Source of the DNA: a bacterium
GTDB taxonomy: Bacteria > Bdellovibrionota_C > UBA2361 > CALJRW01
Reading direction: 5' to 3'
Length of the DNA stretch: 64,000 nt
NCBI GenBank assembly: GCA_031385045.1
Contig: JANNBC010000028.1
Span: 1-64,000, forward strand
The notes beneath the pieces are model-generated. The model was not told where the DNA came from and did not search any database. It was given only the letters and a program-made list of their open reading frames with translations. The translations under genes and the position numbers were made by a program. Below, in pieces: positions 46,319 through 56,929 of the stretch (its first letter is position 1; each line of letters begins with the position of its first letter).

Positions 46319-47749
46319 ATGGAATTATTTTACGCTTTTATTACTCCTTTTTTAGAATCATTGGAAAATACCTTTGGTTTCGATACATTTTTAAGGTACG
46401 GCGGATCAACTGCACAGTTGGAGTTAACTGTCTTAATCATGAGTATGTCGCTAGCCATTGGATTTTTGGCAGTGTTCCTAATGATGGGTAGGTCTTCTCG
46501 CCAAATTAGAAAACTTCAAAATAACTCTCAAGAGTTAACCTCTGGAATTCGTGGAAAACTTGAAAGGTTAGAGCAAGAGTTTAACCAGCTAAAGAGTACG
46601 CAGATTCGCAATCAGGAGATTAATGCTGATAAGCTTGCTAAGATTGCAGAAGTTTTAGAACAAATAAAAAAAAAACGACTGAACCCAGCTGACACTGGAT
46701 TAATAGATCTGGCTGGTGATTTAGAAGATTCACAGCATTTAAATTTAGATCAGTTAGTTGCCAGTGCAACAGATTTAAATAAAACAGAAACAATTATTTT
46801 AGAAACCCCGGCAGAATCCTTGTCGGAGGAGATCCTTGCTCCGCTTGAAGAGAAATTAGCCAAAACTAGAACGGGCTTATTTGGTAAAATCAAAAGCTTA
46901 TTTTCTACCAATTCTACAATTGATTTAGCAGATTTAGATCAGATTGAAGAGTTATTAGTATCAGCGGATCTTGGCGTTAAGACATCTCTTAGTTTAATTG
47001 AAGAGACACGGCGGGTAGCAACAGGAGAGAAAGATTTAAGCTTAGATCGCCTGCTAAGCCATACGAAACAACAAGTAAAACAGATCTTAATCCATAATCA
47101 ACAAGAAGAATTTCCAATAACACCGCAGGATCAACAAGAGCTTTTTGTAGTCTTAGTAATTGGGGTTAACGGAGTTGGAAAAACAACGACTGTGGCCAAA
47201 TTAGCTAGTAAATGGGCAGCTGCTGGTAAGAAAGTTACCATGGCAGCCGCTGATACATTCCGAGCTGCTGCTGTTGAACAGTTACTTGAGTGGGGTAAGC
47301 GACTTGATGTTCCAGTGGTTCAAGGGGATGTTAACGCCAAGCCAGCAACTGTTGTTTTTGAAGCAATTGATCAAGCTTTAAAAAACAAGTCGGATATTTT
47401 AATTATTGATACAGCAGGACGACTTCATAATAAAGCTAATCTAATGCAAGAACTGGAAGGTATTGGTAACGTAATTCAGAAAAAACTAAATCGTTCTGCT
47501 AATGAAACAATCTTAGTCGTTGATGGTGCTACTGGGCAAAATGCCTTGCAGCAAGCCAAAGAATTTAATCAAATTATTCCTTTAACAGGTGTGATTGTCA
47601 CTAAGCTTGACGGGACTCCAAAGGGTGGAATTGTTGTGGCAATTAAATCTGAGCTGAATATTCCGATTCGATACATTGGAGTTGGTGAGTCTGCTAATGA
47701 TTTACGAGTTTTTAATGCTAGTGAATTTACAGAGGCAATTTTTTCATAA
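46319..47749 (+). CDS. ftsY: SRP receptor FtsY with N-terminal membrane anchor
   Basis: GVNGVGKTTT, DTFRAAA, DTAGR, TKLDGTPKGG. Confidence 0.96.
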   Translation: MELFYAFITPFLESLENTFGFDTFLRYGGSTAQLELTVLIMSMSLAIGFLAVFLMMGRSSRQIRKLQNNSQELTSGIRGKLERLEQEFNQLKSTQIRNQEINADKLAKIAEVLEQIKKKRLNPADTGLIDLAGDLEDSQHLNLDQLVASATDLNKTETIILETPAESLSEEILAPLEEKLAKTRTGLFGKIKSLFSTNSTIDLADLDQIEELLVSADLGVKTSLSLIEETRRVATGEKDLSLDRLLSHTKQQVKQILIHNQQEEFPITPQDQQELFVVLVIGVNGVGKTTTVAKLASKWAAAGKKVTMAAADTFRAAAVEQLLEWGKRLDVPVVQGDVNAKPATVVFEAIDQALKNKSDILIIDTAGRLHNKANLMQELEGIGNVIQKKLNRSANETILVVDGATGQNALQQAKEFNQIIPLTGVIVTKLDGTPKGGIVVAIKSELNIPIRYIGVGESANDLRVFNASEFTEAIFS

Positions 47750-47802
47750 GTTCTAGTTTTTACTTAATATTATAGAAATTTATAGTCGACTTCTGAAAAG
47801 TA

Positions 47803-48525
47803 ATGTTCATCAATAGTCAGCAGCAGAATGTTATTCCACCTAGCAGTCGTTCTCGCCGATTATCTTTCATCTCACTTCTCCTATTGGTTCCCGCACCAAG
47901 CATTGGAGTTGTAATGGCTATGTATATAGTACCCGGTATCGTTGGCCAAACTATTTTTACAATCAGTAAAATTTGGTTAGTATTATTTCCGATTGTCTGG
48001 ATTTATAAATTTGATCGAGAAAAAATAGTAATTCCACAGCTATCAACTAAGGGGATGAAGATTGCTTGCCTAGCAGGATTAATAATTTTTTCTGGAATCG
48101 CCATATCCTATTTTATAGTTAATTCATTTGGTTTAATTGATCCAAAAACTATTTCTTCCAAAGTTAAAGCAGTTGGCTTGGTGAGTCCTCAAATATATTT
48201 TATTGGAGCTATTTATTGGTGTACGATTAATTCTTTGATTGAAGAATATGTCTGGCGCTGGTTTGTATTTACAAGATGTGAAAAGCTAATGCCCCAAATT
48301 TGGGCAGTATTTGCTTCGGCGTTATTTTTTACGCTACATCATTTCTTTGCCTTATATACTTACTTTAGTCTTCCGATGACAATAGTAGCTTCGATTGGAG
48401 TTTTTATTGGGGGAACAACTTGGTCATGGATTTATCTTCGCTACCGAAATATATATGCTTCTTATCTTAGCCATGTCTTTGCCGATATCATTATTTTTCT
48501 GATTGCCTATCAGCTAATTTTTTAA
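47803..48525 (+). CDS. CPBP family intramembrane metalloprotease
   Basis: EEYVWR, FTLHH, SHVFAD. Confidence 0.85.
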   Translation: MFINSQQQNVIPPSSRSRRLSFISLLLLVPAPSIGVVMAMYIVPGIVGQTIFTISKIWLVLFPIVWIYKFDREKIVIPQLSTKGMKIACLAGLIIFSGIAISYFIVNSFGLIDPKTISSKVKAVGLVSPQIYFIGAIYWCTINSLIEEYVWRWFVFTRCEKLMPQIWAVFASALFFTLHHFFALYTYFSLPMTIVASIGVFIGGTTWSWIYLRYRNIYASYLSHVFADIIIFLIAYQLIF

Positions 48526-49277
48526 TTTTTGATATTTTTTATTACGCTAAGAATATCTTCTCTAAGATTTAATCTTTGTTTTACAAAACTAGGTTGTTTT
48601 GGTGTTAGTCCCAAAATATCAGGTGTTACAAAAACTTCCGCGTCGCAATATTGACCTGAGCCAATACCAATAGTTGGAATTGTTAGTTTTTTAGTAATCG
48701 CTTGAGCTAGTTCTTCGGGAATGCACTCTAGTACAATGCTAAAAGCCCCGGCTTCTTCAACTGCCAGAGCATCTTCCATGATTTTGTTTTCACTAAAGAC
48801 CGAGTTTTTACCACCTTGTTTTTTGTGCCCACCAAGCGCATGAAAAGATTGTGGTGTTAAACCCACATGACCCATGACCGGAATATCAAACTGGGTTAAG
48901 AACTTGATTCTTGATTGAATATTAACACCACCCTCCATCTTGACAGCTTCGGCTTGTCCTTCTTGGATGACCTTGCCGGCATTTCTCAGCGCTACTTCGT
49001 TAGATTCTTGGTACGTTAAGAATGGCAGATCCGTTACTAGTAAACTTTTAGTGCAAGCCTTAGCCACGCACCTTGAGTGATAGACCATTTGTTCTAAAGT
49101 TACTGATAATGTGTTTTTCTCACCTTGAATAATATTTGCTAGTGAATCACCAACTAGAATTATTGCTACTTCAGCTTCATTTAGAATTTGAGCGATAGTA
49201 AAGTCATAAGCTGTATAGGCAGAGAATGATTCTTTATTCTTGTAGCTTTTAATTGCGGGGACAGTGATTTTTGTCAT
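48522..49277 (-). CDS. panB: 3-methyl-2-oxobutanoate hydroxymethyltransferase
   Basis: TAYD, LVGDS, KMEGG, GHVGLTPQ, IGIGSG; start taken at MTKI. Confidence 0.96.
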   Translation of the reverse strand: MTKITVPAIKSYKNKESFSAYTAYDFTIAQILNEAEVAIILVGDSLANIIQGEKNTLSVTLEQMVYHSRCVAKACTKSLLVTDLPFLTYQESNEVALRNAGKVIQEGQAEAVKMEGGVNIQSRIKFLTQFDIPVMGHVGLTPQSFHALGGHKKQGGKNSVFSENKIMEDALAVEEAGAFSIVLECIPEELAQAITKKLTIPTIGIGSGQYCDAEVFVTPDILGLTPKQPSFVKQRLNLREDILSVIKNIKN

Positions 49278-49401
49278 GACTCTTCTTTGTGGGTGTATAT
49301 TGCTAAAACGAGCTAAGAAAATACTGAATTTAAGGTGCAAGTGCAAATCGCTCGGTTATCTTAAAGAACTAGTTGAATTAATTGAAGATAACAGAGCTTA
49401 T

Positions 49402-50910
49402 TTAAGGAAGTCTTCTATAGCGCTCCGCCTCTTGATGGCCAGATACTCTAAAATATTTTTGCTCCCAGTTTGGACATGTAAAAACTTTTTGATGATCAAG
49501 TAAAACTAGGGCGTAGTTTGTCCTTAATTGATCACAGTTATTAATATCTCCAGCGTTGGAATCATAAACTACTTGAGTGCTAATTGTTCTTAGGTAATAC
49601 GGAAAAGGCCAAGAAGTATTAATGGCAATTAAAATTTTCGATCCAGGGTTTTGTTTAGCTGCTGTCAGAATCTCTTGGGTTAACTCTAAGATTTGTGGAT
49701 CGGTGTGGACATAGGCTAGGGGGTTTATTTCCTGTGAGGGATATTTAAAGTTGTAATACCAAGTACTGTAAATGTTACTTCCTAGGGAAACTATAATTAC
49801 TAAGCTAATTAAGATCTTAAGTTGATAGTGTTTACTTATCTTCCAGAGATAAACAGTTTGCCAAGCGAGTAATAAATAAAGTGGATAGGTGATATTTAAA
49901 ACCAGCCAAGGTGTTTTGTACTTTACTGGGATGGAGTAAATTGTAGTAATTAACAGTGCCCAAATTAAACAAAACCCAAAGAAGTCGGTCTCTTTTCTTC
50001 TTTTAAAAAGTTGCGTAATTAAAAATGGAGTTAAGAGAAATACTAGAATTGTCGGGGCTTCTAAGGGTAGGCCAACTGCTCGCCAGTAAGGTATCTTTAT
50101 TAAATGTAAGAGATCTGTTCCCCAAAGTATTCCTAAGTAATAGCCCGCTGGCTTAAAGTGACCAGTGTCCGAATCGTTTCTTTGTAACCACTGAGGTACG
50201 GAGAGTGCAAACTCCTCTAGGCCTTTACTCCACTGCAAAAATCCTGAATAAAAAATAATAATGACAAATAGGGAGATTGCTAGTGTTTTAAAAATCTCGG
50301 AAAGCTTAGGAAACTGACGATTAATTTGCAATAAATATAAACTGGAGAGAAATAGTGCAAAACAGGTTATAATGTAGGTTTCTTTGATGCTAACTAGTGC
50401 TCCCAGAGCAATTCCGCACCAAAGCAAGTCTTTTTTCTGAGGCGACTTTAGGTAGCGATAAAGTGCAAAGGCAAATAATAAAGTAAAAAATAAGAAGCTA
50501 CTTTCGTGGATTGCATAGCGGTTATAGTAAACAATTGTTGCTGAGGTTGCTATAAAAGCTTGGGAAAGTAATGTCCATCTCCAGCCTAAAAATTTTTGAA
50601 GCATTAATGGGAGCAATACAGTTCCAGTTCCAAAGAAGACGCAACTGAACCTCAAGCAAAATTCAGAATCACCAAAAAAATAAAATATTGGCCAAGTGAA
50701 ATAAAAGTATAGTGGTCCATGATAATTTTCATGGGAGTAGGGATAGTAACCAAGTTCGGAGATTTGTTTTAAAAAATAATGATTTACTGTTTCATCATGA
50801 TGCATCGTCCGCAGATCTAGATCGTAGATGCGCAGCAGAAACGCGCATAGTGAAATCAATAGGCTAAGGAAAAGGTACTTATTATTTTTAAAATATTGGG
50901 TGGCATTCAT
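49402..50910 (-). CDS. TIGR03663-like GT-C membrane protein
   Basis: HHDE, YHGP, IKE, YKTPW; many TMs. Confidence 0.75.
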   Translation of the reverse strand: MNATQYFKNNKYLFLSLLISLCAFLLRIYDLDLRTMHHDETVNHYFLKQISELGYYPYSHENYHGPLYFYFTWPIFYFFGDSEFCLRFSCVFFGTGTVLLPLMLQKFLGWRWTLLSQAFIATSATIVYYNRYAIHESSFLFFTLLFAFALYRYLKSPQKKDLLWCGIALGALVSIKETYIITCFALFLSSLYLLQINRQFPKLSEIFKTLAISLFVIIIFYSGFLQWSKGLEEFALSVPQWLQRNDSDTGHFKPAGYYLGILWGTDLLHLIKIPYWRAVGLPLEAPTILVFLLTPFLITQLFKRRKETDFFGFCLIWALLITTIYSIPVKYKTPWLVLNITYPLYLLLAWQTVYLWKISKHYQLKILISLVIIVSLGSNIYSTWYYNFKYPSQEINPLAYVHTDPQILELTQEILTAAKQNPGSKILIAINTSWPFPYYLRTISTQVVYDSNAGDINNCDQLRTNYALVLLDHQKVFTCPNWEQKYFRVSGHQEAERYRRLP

Positions 50911-50921
50911 CTATGTCTAAT

Positions 50922-52109
50922 TTAGTTCTTTTTAAAAGAATCTAAAAGTCCAAAACCTAGTTGGTGGAGGCGGGCATCTGTCGATTCTAGGACTAGCAAG
51001 TCATGATTGGTAATAAACTTGGGGGTGTGAAGTTTGCTAGAGAATGCACTTTGGCCTTTCCTAACATCTTTGGTGTATTTTTTTCGCGAATAGTAGAGAG
51101 TTCGTTTGTAAAACAGGAAATCCACTGCCCGGTAGGCATGCAGCTCATCTAGTAAATCTAATACTCCCATACAATAACTTGTGCCTACATACATCGCCTT
51201 AAGTTTGTTTTTAGGCAGATCTTGAATCTCCAGCTTAAAATCAGGAACAGCTTCCAGGCTTGGTGTGTAATCCCAGACATTTAATAAGTTAGCTAAATCT
51301 AAATCTTCCCCAAGTGGTGCAACTTGCTTACCTGTTAGTGTACATTCAAATTTAGGAAGGTTGGCACTGGGCATTAGGCTTTGTAGGCGGTCATTAATCA
51401 GTTTAGCAGAAATACATTTAGCATAGCTATTTAAATGTGCCCCTGATTTAACAAAGTATTGAATATTAGGTTGAAAATGATCCCCAATAACTAAATAATT
51501 AATTTTATATTGATCAAGAAAAGGTCGAAGTTTTGATAAATAACTATTTTCTGGTGACCCCACCTTTTGAGAATCTTTAACCCACTGTGGATTAAATCTA
51601 GCCTTATTGGGATGAACGACTAGCAGGAAAGTTTTGCCCTTATTTTCCATTGCAGTTTGCAGGTTTTTAATTTCTTGGGCATGTAGGTCTGGATTTGGTA
51701 GCTTCGTAATATATTTACCATTAAAATCATTGATATAGATATTATCAAATAGTGCTTTATCTTTTCCTACTAAAGTTCTGGCCGTATAGCGGCTGCTACC
51801 TAAATCAAATAAACGATAATTTATAGTATTACTAGTTTTAATCATCCAACCAAAAAGTCCGTTGTTATGCATTAACCACTCCTCCATTTGCTCCTGAAAT
51901 TTGGCATGGGAGAGAGCTGGCAATGAGAAATGTGGGAAGTTCTTTCTCATGGGGGTATCTACTAAGGAAACTCTTGGTAATATTCCCAGCGAATATTGCA
52001 AGAAAGGGAAAATTAATATTCCAACAAAACAGATACTAAGAGTAAGCTTACAAACTCCTTGCTCGATTCGTAAGTTGCTAAACATTTTTTGAAAAAGTTT
52101 GATCAACAT
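50922..52109 (-). CDS. AlgX/AlgJ-like SGNH O-acetyltransferase partner
   Basis: N-terminal TM, VGKD..LF, PNK, GAH, VGTSY; follows the MBOAT gene. Confidence 0.65.
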   Translation of the reverse strand: MLIKLFQKMFSNLRIEQGVCKLTLSICFVGILIFPFLQYSLGILPRVSLVDTPMRKNFPHFSLPALSHAKFQEQMEEWLMHNNGLFGWMIKTSNTINYRLFDLGSSRYTARTLVGKDKALFDNIYINDFNGKYITKLPNPDLHAQEIKNLQTAMENKGKTFLLVVHPNKARFNPQWVKDSQKVGSPENSYLSKLRPFLDQYKINYLVIGDHFQPNIQYFVKSGAHLNSYAKCISAKLINDRLQSLMPSANLPKFECTLTGKQVAPLGEDLDLANLLNVWDYTPSLEAVPDFKLEIQDLPKNKLKAMYVGTSYCMGVLDLLDELHAYRAVDFLFYKRTLYYSRKKYTKDVRKGQSAFSSKLHTPKFITNHDLLVLESTDARLHQLGFGLLDSFKKN

Positions 52110-52115
52110 GTCCTA

Positions 52116-53537
52116 TTAGAATTGATAATATAAAAAGGGGCTATATCCTGACTCTACCAGGGTAAGTGTTGCTAGGATAAATAATCCAAGAGCCCCAATT
52201 CCCACTAATAAGTTTTTTGCTGGGCATGCTAACCAAATCTTATCCGCCAAATCGAGTAGCTTTTTTGAAGCAGGTAAAAAGGAGCAGCAAATGCCAATTG
52301 TTAAGGCTAGCCAGCCACGATTATGAATAATCTCGGAAGTGAATTTATTATCCAAATAAAAGTGGAGTTTGTTAAGGTCAAATAAACTGCTGTAGTAAGC
52401 GCCAGCCATTTCAAAGTTAACGGAGCGAAATAAAACCCAAGTCATTAAAACTATGAAGTAAGTAATACTAACATTGATAATCTTTGGTAGTTGTTTAGAG
52501 ATCTTTAGCCACCCAAGCCGATCAATAATCAAGAAGATCCCATGAAGTAATCCCCAAGAAAGAAAAGTCCAACTAGCTCCATGCCATAGACCGGAGACGC
52601 AAAAAACAAGTACTAAATTAAAATATAGCCGAGCAGCTCCGACACGATTCCCACCAAGCGGTATGTAGAGGTATTCTCTCATCCAATTAGTTAAAGAAAT
52701 ATGCCAACGTTTCCAAAAATCTGTGATTGTCTCTGCACTATATGGAGAATTAAAGTTTTCAGTAAACTTAAAGCCAAACATCCGAGCTAGGCCAATTGCC
52801 ATGTCAGAATAACCAGCAAAGTCAAAATAGATCTGTATGGAGTAAGCAATAATTCCCAACCAGGCAAATGGAGTAGTAAGCTCACCAGAGTTAAGTGCAA
52901 AAATATTATCAGCTATTTTTCCAACTTCATCAGCAATTAAAACTTTCTTACCAAGTCCTAGGCTAAATCTTGTCCAACCTGCAAAGAAGTCTCCCGAGCG
53001 CTGAATTCGAGATTCAATCTGTTCTGCAAGATCATGATATTTAAGAATGGGGCCAGCAATTAAATGTGGGAAAAGGGAAGTAAATAATAGATAATTAGGA
53101 AAGGATTTAGCAACTACAGCAGTCTTGCGGTAAACATCAATTAGATAACTAATTTTCTCAAAGGTAAAAAAAGAAATTCCTGCCGGAAGAACAATATGTA
53201 GCCAGCTAATTGGTGTAATTCCCGACGCACTAAGCGAAAAATTAATTTGTTCCAAAAAGAAATTGGTATATTTAAAGTAGCAAAGCAGAACAATATTAAA
53301 AACTACACCAATAGTTATAAAAATCTTTTTCCCAGTTTGTTCAAATCGTCCAGATAGCCAGTAGTCCAGAAAAGAAGAGGCAATTAAGATTAGTACTACT
53401 TGTGGTGAGGCCCAGAAATAAAAAAGTAAGCTAAAAAATAGTAGAACAAGGTTGCGTTTTGTATTTGGGAATATCCAGTAGCACAGCAGGCAAAGGGGTA
53501 AGAATAGATAAAGAAATGTGAATGAGCTAAAAACCAT
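52116..53537 (-). CDS. MBOAT O-acyltransferase (AlgI/PatA-like)
   Basis: LPAGISFFTF, IAGPI, DFAGYSDMAIG, ENF..PY, FW.RWHISL, GLWHGA, FLYYQF. Confidence 0.95.
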   Translation of the reverse strand: MVFSSFTFLYLFLPLCLLCYWIFPNTKRNLVLLFFSLLFYFWASPQVVLILIASSFLDYWLSGRFEQTGKKIFITIGVVFNIVLLCYFKYTNFFLEQINFSLSASGITPISWLHIVLPAGISFFTFEKISYLIDVYRKTAVVAKSFPNYLLFTSLFPHLIAGPILKYHDLAEQIESRIQRSGDFFAGWTRFSLGLGKKVLIADEVGKIADNIFALNSGELTTPFAWLGIIAYSIQIYFDFAGYSDMAIGLARMFGFKFTENFNSPYSAETITDFWKRWHISLTNWMREYLYIPLGGNRVGAARLYFNLVLVFCVSGLWHGASWTFLSWGLLHGIFLIIDRLGWLKISKQLPKIINVSITYFIVLMTWVLFRSVNFEMAGAYYSSLFDLNKLHFYLDNKFTSEIIHNRGWLALTIGICCSFLPASKKLLDLADKIWLACPAKNLLVGIGALGLFILATLTLVESGYSPFLYYQF

Positions 53538-53726
53538 CGTAAGCTAATATAGTCTAATTTACCGGGTACTTGCAAATTAGAATCTATTTAAATATCAATG
53601 GATTAAATAGCAATCAATGTTATTATAGGATAATTTTACAAATGGATCAGAAGCAGTTTGGCATTTGGTTTAGAGTAAGATCTACGAAGTATTTTTCTTT
53701 GAAGTATCATTTTAGAGAGTGATGTT

Positions 53727-54104
53727 ATGCTTGAATGCTTATTTAAACGTGGAAAACCAGAGATTCTTGGCAGCTTGCCTAAGCTTGAACCTAAGGTTGG
53801 GACCTATGAAGTTACAAGTATTGATGGTGGAGATTGTACGGTGACTTTTAACGCTGATAAAAAGGTTTTAAACTTAAGACTTTATCAAAATTCCCAAGAA
53901 ATTGATTTAAATACTTTTACAGGCAAAGCAAGTGTCGAAGCTGGCGGAAGTACTTTGACCTTAACGGTGAAGGAGCCAGGAGGCAAGGCTGTTTTAGATG
54001 TAAAGTATTATTGGTGTGGTGTCATCAGAGATGGAATGATTTATGAAACCCATAAATTCGATGGGCTAGATTGGAATATGACCAAATCTAAAGATAAAAC
54101 CTAG
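53727..54104 (+). CDS. Hypothetical protein
   Basis: 125-aa beta-rich ORF with gagag upstream. Confidence 0.55.
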   Translation: MLECLFKRGKPEILGSLPKLEPKVGTYEVTSIDGGDCTVTFNADKKVLNLRLYQNSQEIDLNTFTGKASVEAGGSTLTLTVKEPGGKAVLDVKYYWCGVIRDGMIYETHKFDGLDWNMTKSKDKT

Positions 54105-55526
54105 TTAGAAATTGCTCTTAATTTTGAAATCTCCTTCATCAACAGATAACAATTTCAACTCGTCGTTGATCGAGGTTTCTAGAACTACCTCACGCCCCCA
54201 AAGATTGGCTACACTTCTTAGTGATTTCTCAGCATCAGCTAATTTTAAGTCTCGACCATCATGATAATGTTTTAGGTAGAGAGTCTTCTTTCGACCAAAG
54301 TCGGCATCTAAAATCTTAATAACAGGCAGGGAATTAGTTCCGGTATGATGAATTAAAGTTTGCTTGACGTCATGCCAGTGTTGTTGATCTGAGACCTTAG
54401 TAATTATTCGTTCATCACCTTTTTGTTCGTGTTGAAAGATATCCATTGAACGCATAATATCTTCAGTTAAGAATCTTCTAAGAAAGGAGATATCACGATC
54501 TGTTTCCCTAACTTCAAAAATCTTTTTTCGACCAGGAGTTTGGTTCTGCTCAGCAATGGACATCCGTGCGACTTCTTCCATGCTAAGATTTGCTTCTTGC
54601 ATATTCCAGCGAGCTTCTAAGTCATTCCAAATGACAAAGCCTAAATGATAAGGGTTTAGGTTTCCTTCATGAGGTCGGATTACTTGACTGTGATTGACTA
54701 AGAATTCTAGGTGGAGACTTTGGCTTAATTGCAGGGCATTCATTAGCGTATAATGCCAGTAGCTAGCCCAGCCTTCGTTCATAATCTTTGTTTCAATTTG
54801 AGGGATAAAGTACTTACTTTCCGCATCAACAATCATTAATAAGTCCCTTTGCCATTCATCGAGGTAAGTTCCATATTCTGCGATAAATAATAGAATATCT
54901 TCATCTTCTAACGAGGAACTGGTTGTCACATTCGGGCTTTCTTGATTCTTAAGATCAAAATATTCAGCATTAGGATTAGGCTGATTAGTTGGTAGTGGGC
55001 CTTTTTGAATAATAAAATTCTTTGATCTTTGGAGAGATAGGGCATGAGCATTATCTAAGATTGCTTCCACTTGATCAACACCAATTGAAGGATCTTGTAG
55101 ATAAGTATCAACGCGCCTAGCATGACTCTTAAACATTTCTAAGGTGTACTTCGCATCTAAGGAAGTTTTAAAGTAAAAATTATTAGCAAAAAAATCATTA
55201 TGCCCATAAACGTGGGCAATCGTCAGAATCTGTAGGCATAGACTATTATCTCGCATGAGGTAAGCAAGGCATGGGTTAGAGTTAATTACCATTTCATAAG
55301 GTAAGCCACTCACTCCTAAGTCATAAAGTGTTTTTTGCTTTTCAAAAGATTTGCCATAAGACCAGTGTGAGTAATGTGAGGGCATCCCAGAATAAGCCAT
55401 GTAGGCTAACATCTCTTCATGATCGCAGATTTCAAATTCTTGAGGGTAGCAAGTAAGTCCGTACTGATCGACAAATTTTTTGATTTTCTCATCCCAGTCC
55501 TCAAGGATATTTATAGTGATAGTCAT
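54105..55526 (-). CDS. spoVR: SpoVR/YcgB family protein
   Basis: HWSYGK, YEMVINSNP, AHVYGHNDFF, TKIMNEGWASYWH, NPY. Confidence 0.95.
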   Translation of the reverse strand: MTITINILEDWDEKIKKFVDQYGLTCYPQEFEICDHEEMLAYMAYSGMPSHYSHWSYGKSFEKQKTLYDLGVSGLPYEMVINSNPCLAYLMRDNSLCLQILTIAHVYGHNDFFANNFYFKTSLDAKYTLEMFKSHARRVDTYLQDPSIGVDQVEAILDNAHALSLQRSKNFIIQKGPLPTNQPNPNAEYFDLKNQESPNVTTSSSLEDEDILLFIAEYGTYLDEWQRDLLMIVDAESKYFIPQIETKIMNEGWASYWHYTLMNALQLSQSLHLEFLVNHSQVIRPHEGNLNPYHLGFVIWNDLEARWNMQEANLSMEEVARMSIAEQNQTPGRKKIFEVRETDRDISFLRRFLTEDIMRSMDIFQHEQKGDERIITKVSDQQHWHDVKQTLIHHTGTNSLPVIKILDADFGRKKTLYLKHYHDGRDLKLADAEKSLRSVANLWGREVVLETSINDELKLLSVDEGDFKIKSNF

Positions 55527-55575
55527 AAGTTCTTACCGTTATAATGAGTGTTTTGAAAAACTATTTTTGTTTTTA

Positions 55576-55620
55576 TTGCGGCGCTAAATTGGATAAATCC
55601 AATATTCACGCTCGCCGTAA
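55576..55620. repeat. Intergenic palindrome
   Basis: ttgcggcg ... attggataaatccaat ... cgccgtaa. Confidence 0.55.
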
Positions 55621-55660
55621 ATTACTATTTTTTCCAAGAAAATTTGAAATTTACTTTAAA

Positions 55661-56827
55661 CTAATCAGCATCATCTTTGTCCTTACTTAAAAAATCTCGA
55701 AAGGCTTCCCAGAGCGTTTCTTTACTAGTGATATTTACTCGTTGAAAGTTTTTGGCCGTAACCTTCTTAAAGACATCCATCATCGTCCCGCTATAATATG
55801 TGCCACCGTCAGGTTTAATTTCTCCATAGCCAAAGAGGTTGCAAATATCACATAACTCCTCTGCTGCTTGTAGTGCTTGTTCGTTATCAGAATAGAAATT
55901 ATCTCCGTCAGAACAATGAAAGGCGTAGATATTCCAATGTTCTGGATGATAACGATTCTTGATAATTTCCAATGTCTTTAGATATCCTGAAGAGATGTAA
56001 GTTCCACCAGATTCGACTTTGTGAAAGAAGTCTTCTTCCGATACTTCTTTTGCTTCCGTGTGGTGAGCTACAAAGACTAGCTCCACATTTTGATATTTTT
56101 GCCTAACAAAGTGATAGAGTAAGAAGTAAAAGCTACGAGCTAGGTATTTCTTTACTGTCCCCATCGAGCCGGAAGTATCCATGATACAGAAGATTACGGC
56201 ACTAGATGATTCCTTCTCTGTTGGTGAAATATAAAAATAACGTAAATCGTCTTGGTGAAAGGGAAATGATTCTTCCTTTTCTTCGGTACTTTGATTAGTA
56301 AAAGATAGTTTGCGACGAATTCTATTTTTTGCAGACTCTAATTTATTTAAACGAGGACGAATTCCTTTTTTTCGCATTCCTTTTCGTTTGCGTCCTTCTT
56401 GAGTTAGTACTGATTTGTAGGCTTTGCGCGCTAGATCGGGAAGTTCTAGGTCTTCAAACATGATTTCGATTAGTTCTTCGATGGTAACTTCAGTCTCAAT
56501 CGCATCAACTCCAGCCTGATTCCCTCCTTGTCCTTCACCAGAGCCAGGTTGCTTTGATTTACCTAGGGGATCGCCTTCTTTGGCATCACCATTACCCTGT
56601 CCTGCTCCGGGAGTGTTGTCTCCAAAAATAAAACGATGCTCTTTGATTGAACGAATCGGAACTTTGATTACTTTATTACCATTAGTTCCAATGATTGATT
56701 CTTCCGCCACAAGATCAGCGATGTTTTTACGAATGGAATCTTTAACTTTATGCTTATGCCTGGAACGATCGCGTGCCGATCTATCAGATCTCTGAGAGGG
56801 GACAGTGTAAGGTCGAAATAAAGCCAT
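55661..56827 (-). CDS. yeaH: YeaH/YhbH (DUF444) vWA-like protein
   Basis: MDTSGSM, ESGGT, SDGDN. Confidence 0.93.
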   Translation of the reverse strand: MALFRPYTVPSQRSDRSARDRSRHKHKVKDSIRKNIADLVAEESIIGTNGNKVIKVPIRSIKEHRFIFGDNTPGAGQGNGDAKEGDPLGKSKQPGSGEGQGGNQAGVDAIETEVTIEELIEIMFEDLELPDLARKAYKSVLTQEGRKRKGMRKKGIRPRLNKLESAKNRIRRKLSFTNQSTEEKEESFPFHQDDLRYFYISPTEKESSSAVIFCIMDTSGSMGTVKKYLARSFYFLLYHFVRQKYQNVELVFVAHHTEAKEVSEEDFFHKVESGGTYISSGYLKTLEIIKNRYHPEHWNIYAFHCSDGDNFYSDNEQALQAAEELCDICNLFGYGEIKPDGGTYYSGTMMDVFKKVTAKNFQRVNITSKETLWEAFRDFLSKDKDDAD

Positions 56828-56929
56828 AAAGTAAATTTCAAAAATCCTTACTACAATAACTATATAACTAGTGTTTCCGCTGGCCTTGGATTTTGCTGAA
56901 GACTTTTGAGAAACACTAAGGCCGCCTTG

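Noticed and set aside
46666..46675. A10 homopolymer in ftsY as a phase-variation or frameshift site
   Set aside because: It is in frame (I-KKK) in an essential gene, and such runs are expected in AT-rich DNA.
53593..53605. IHF consensus match TATCAAtggaTTA
   Set aside because: A short AT-rich motif likely to occur by chance, with no supporting context.
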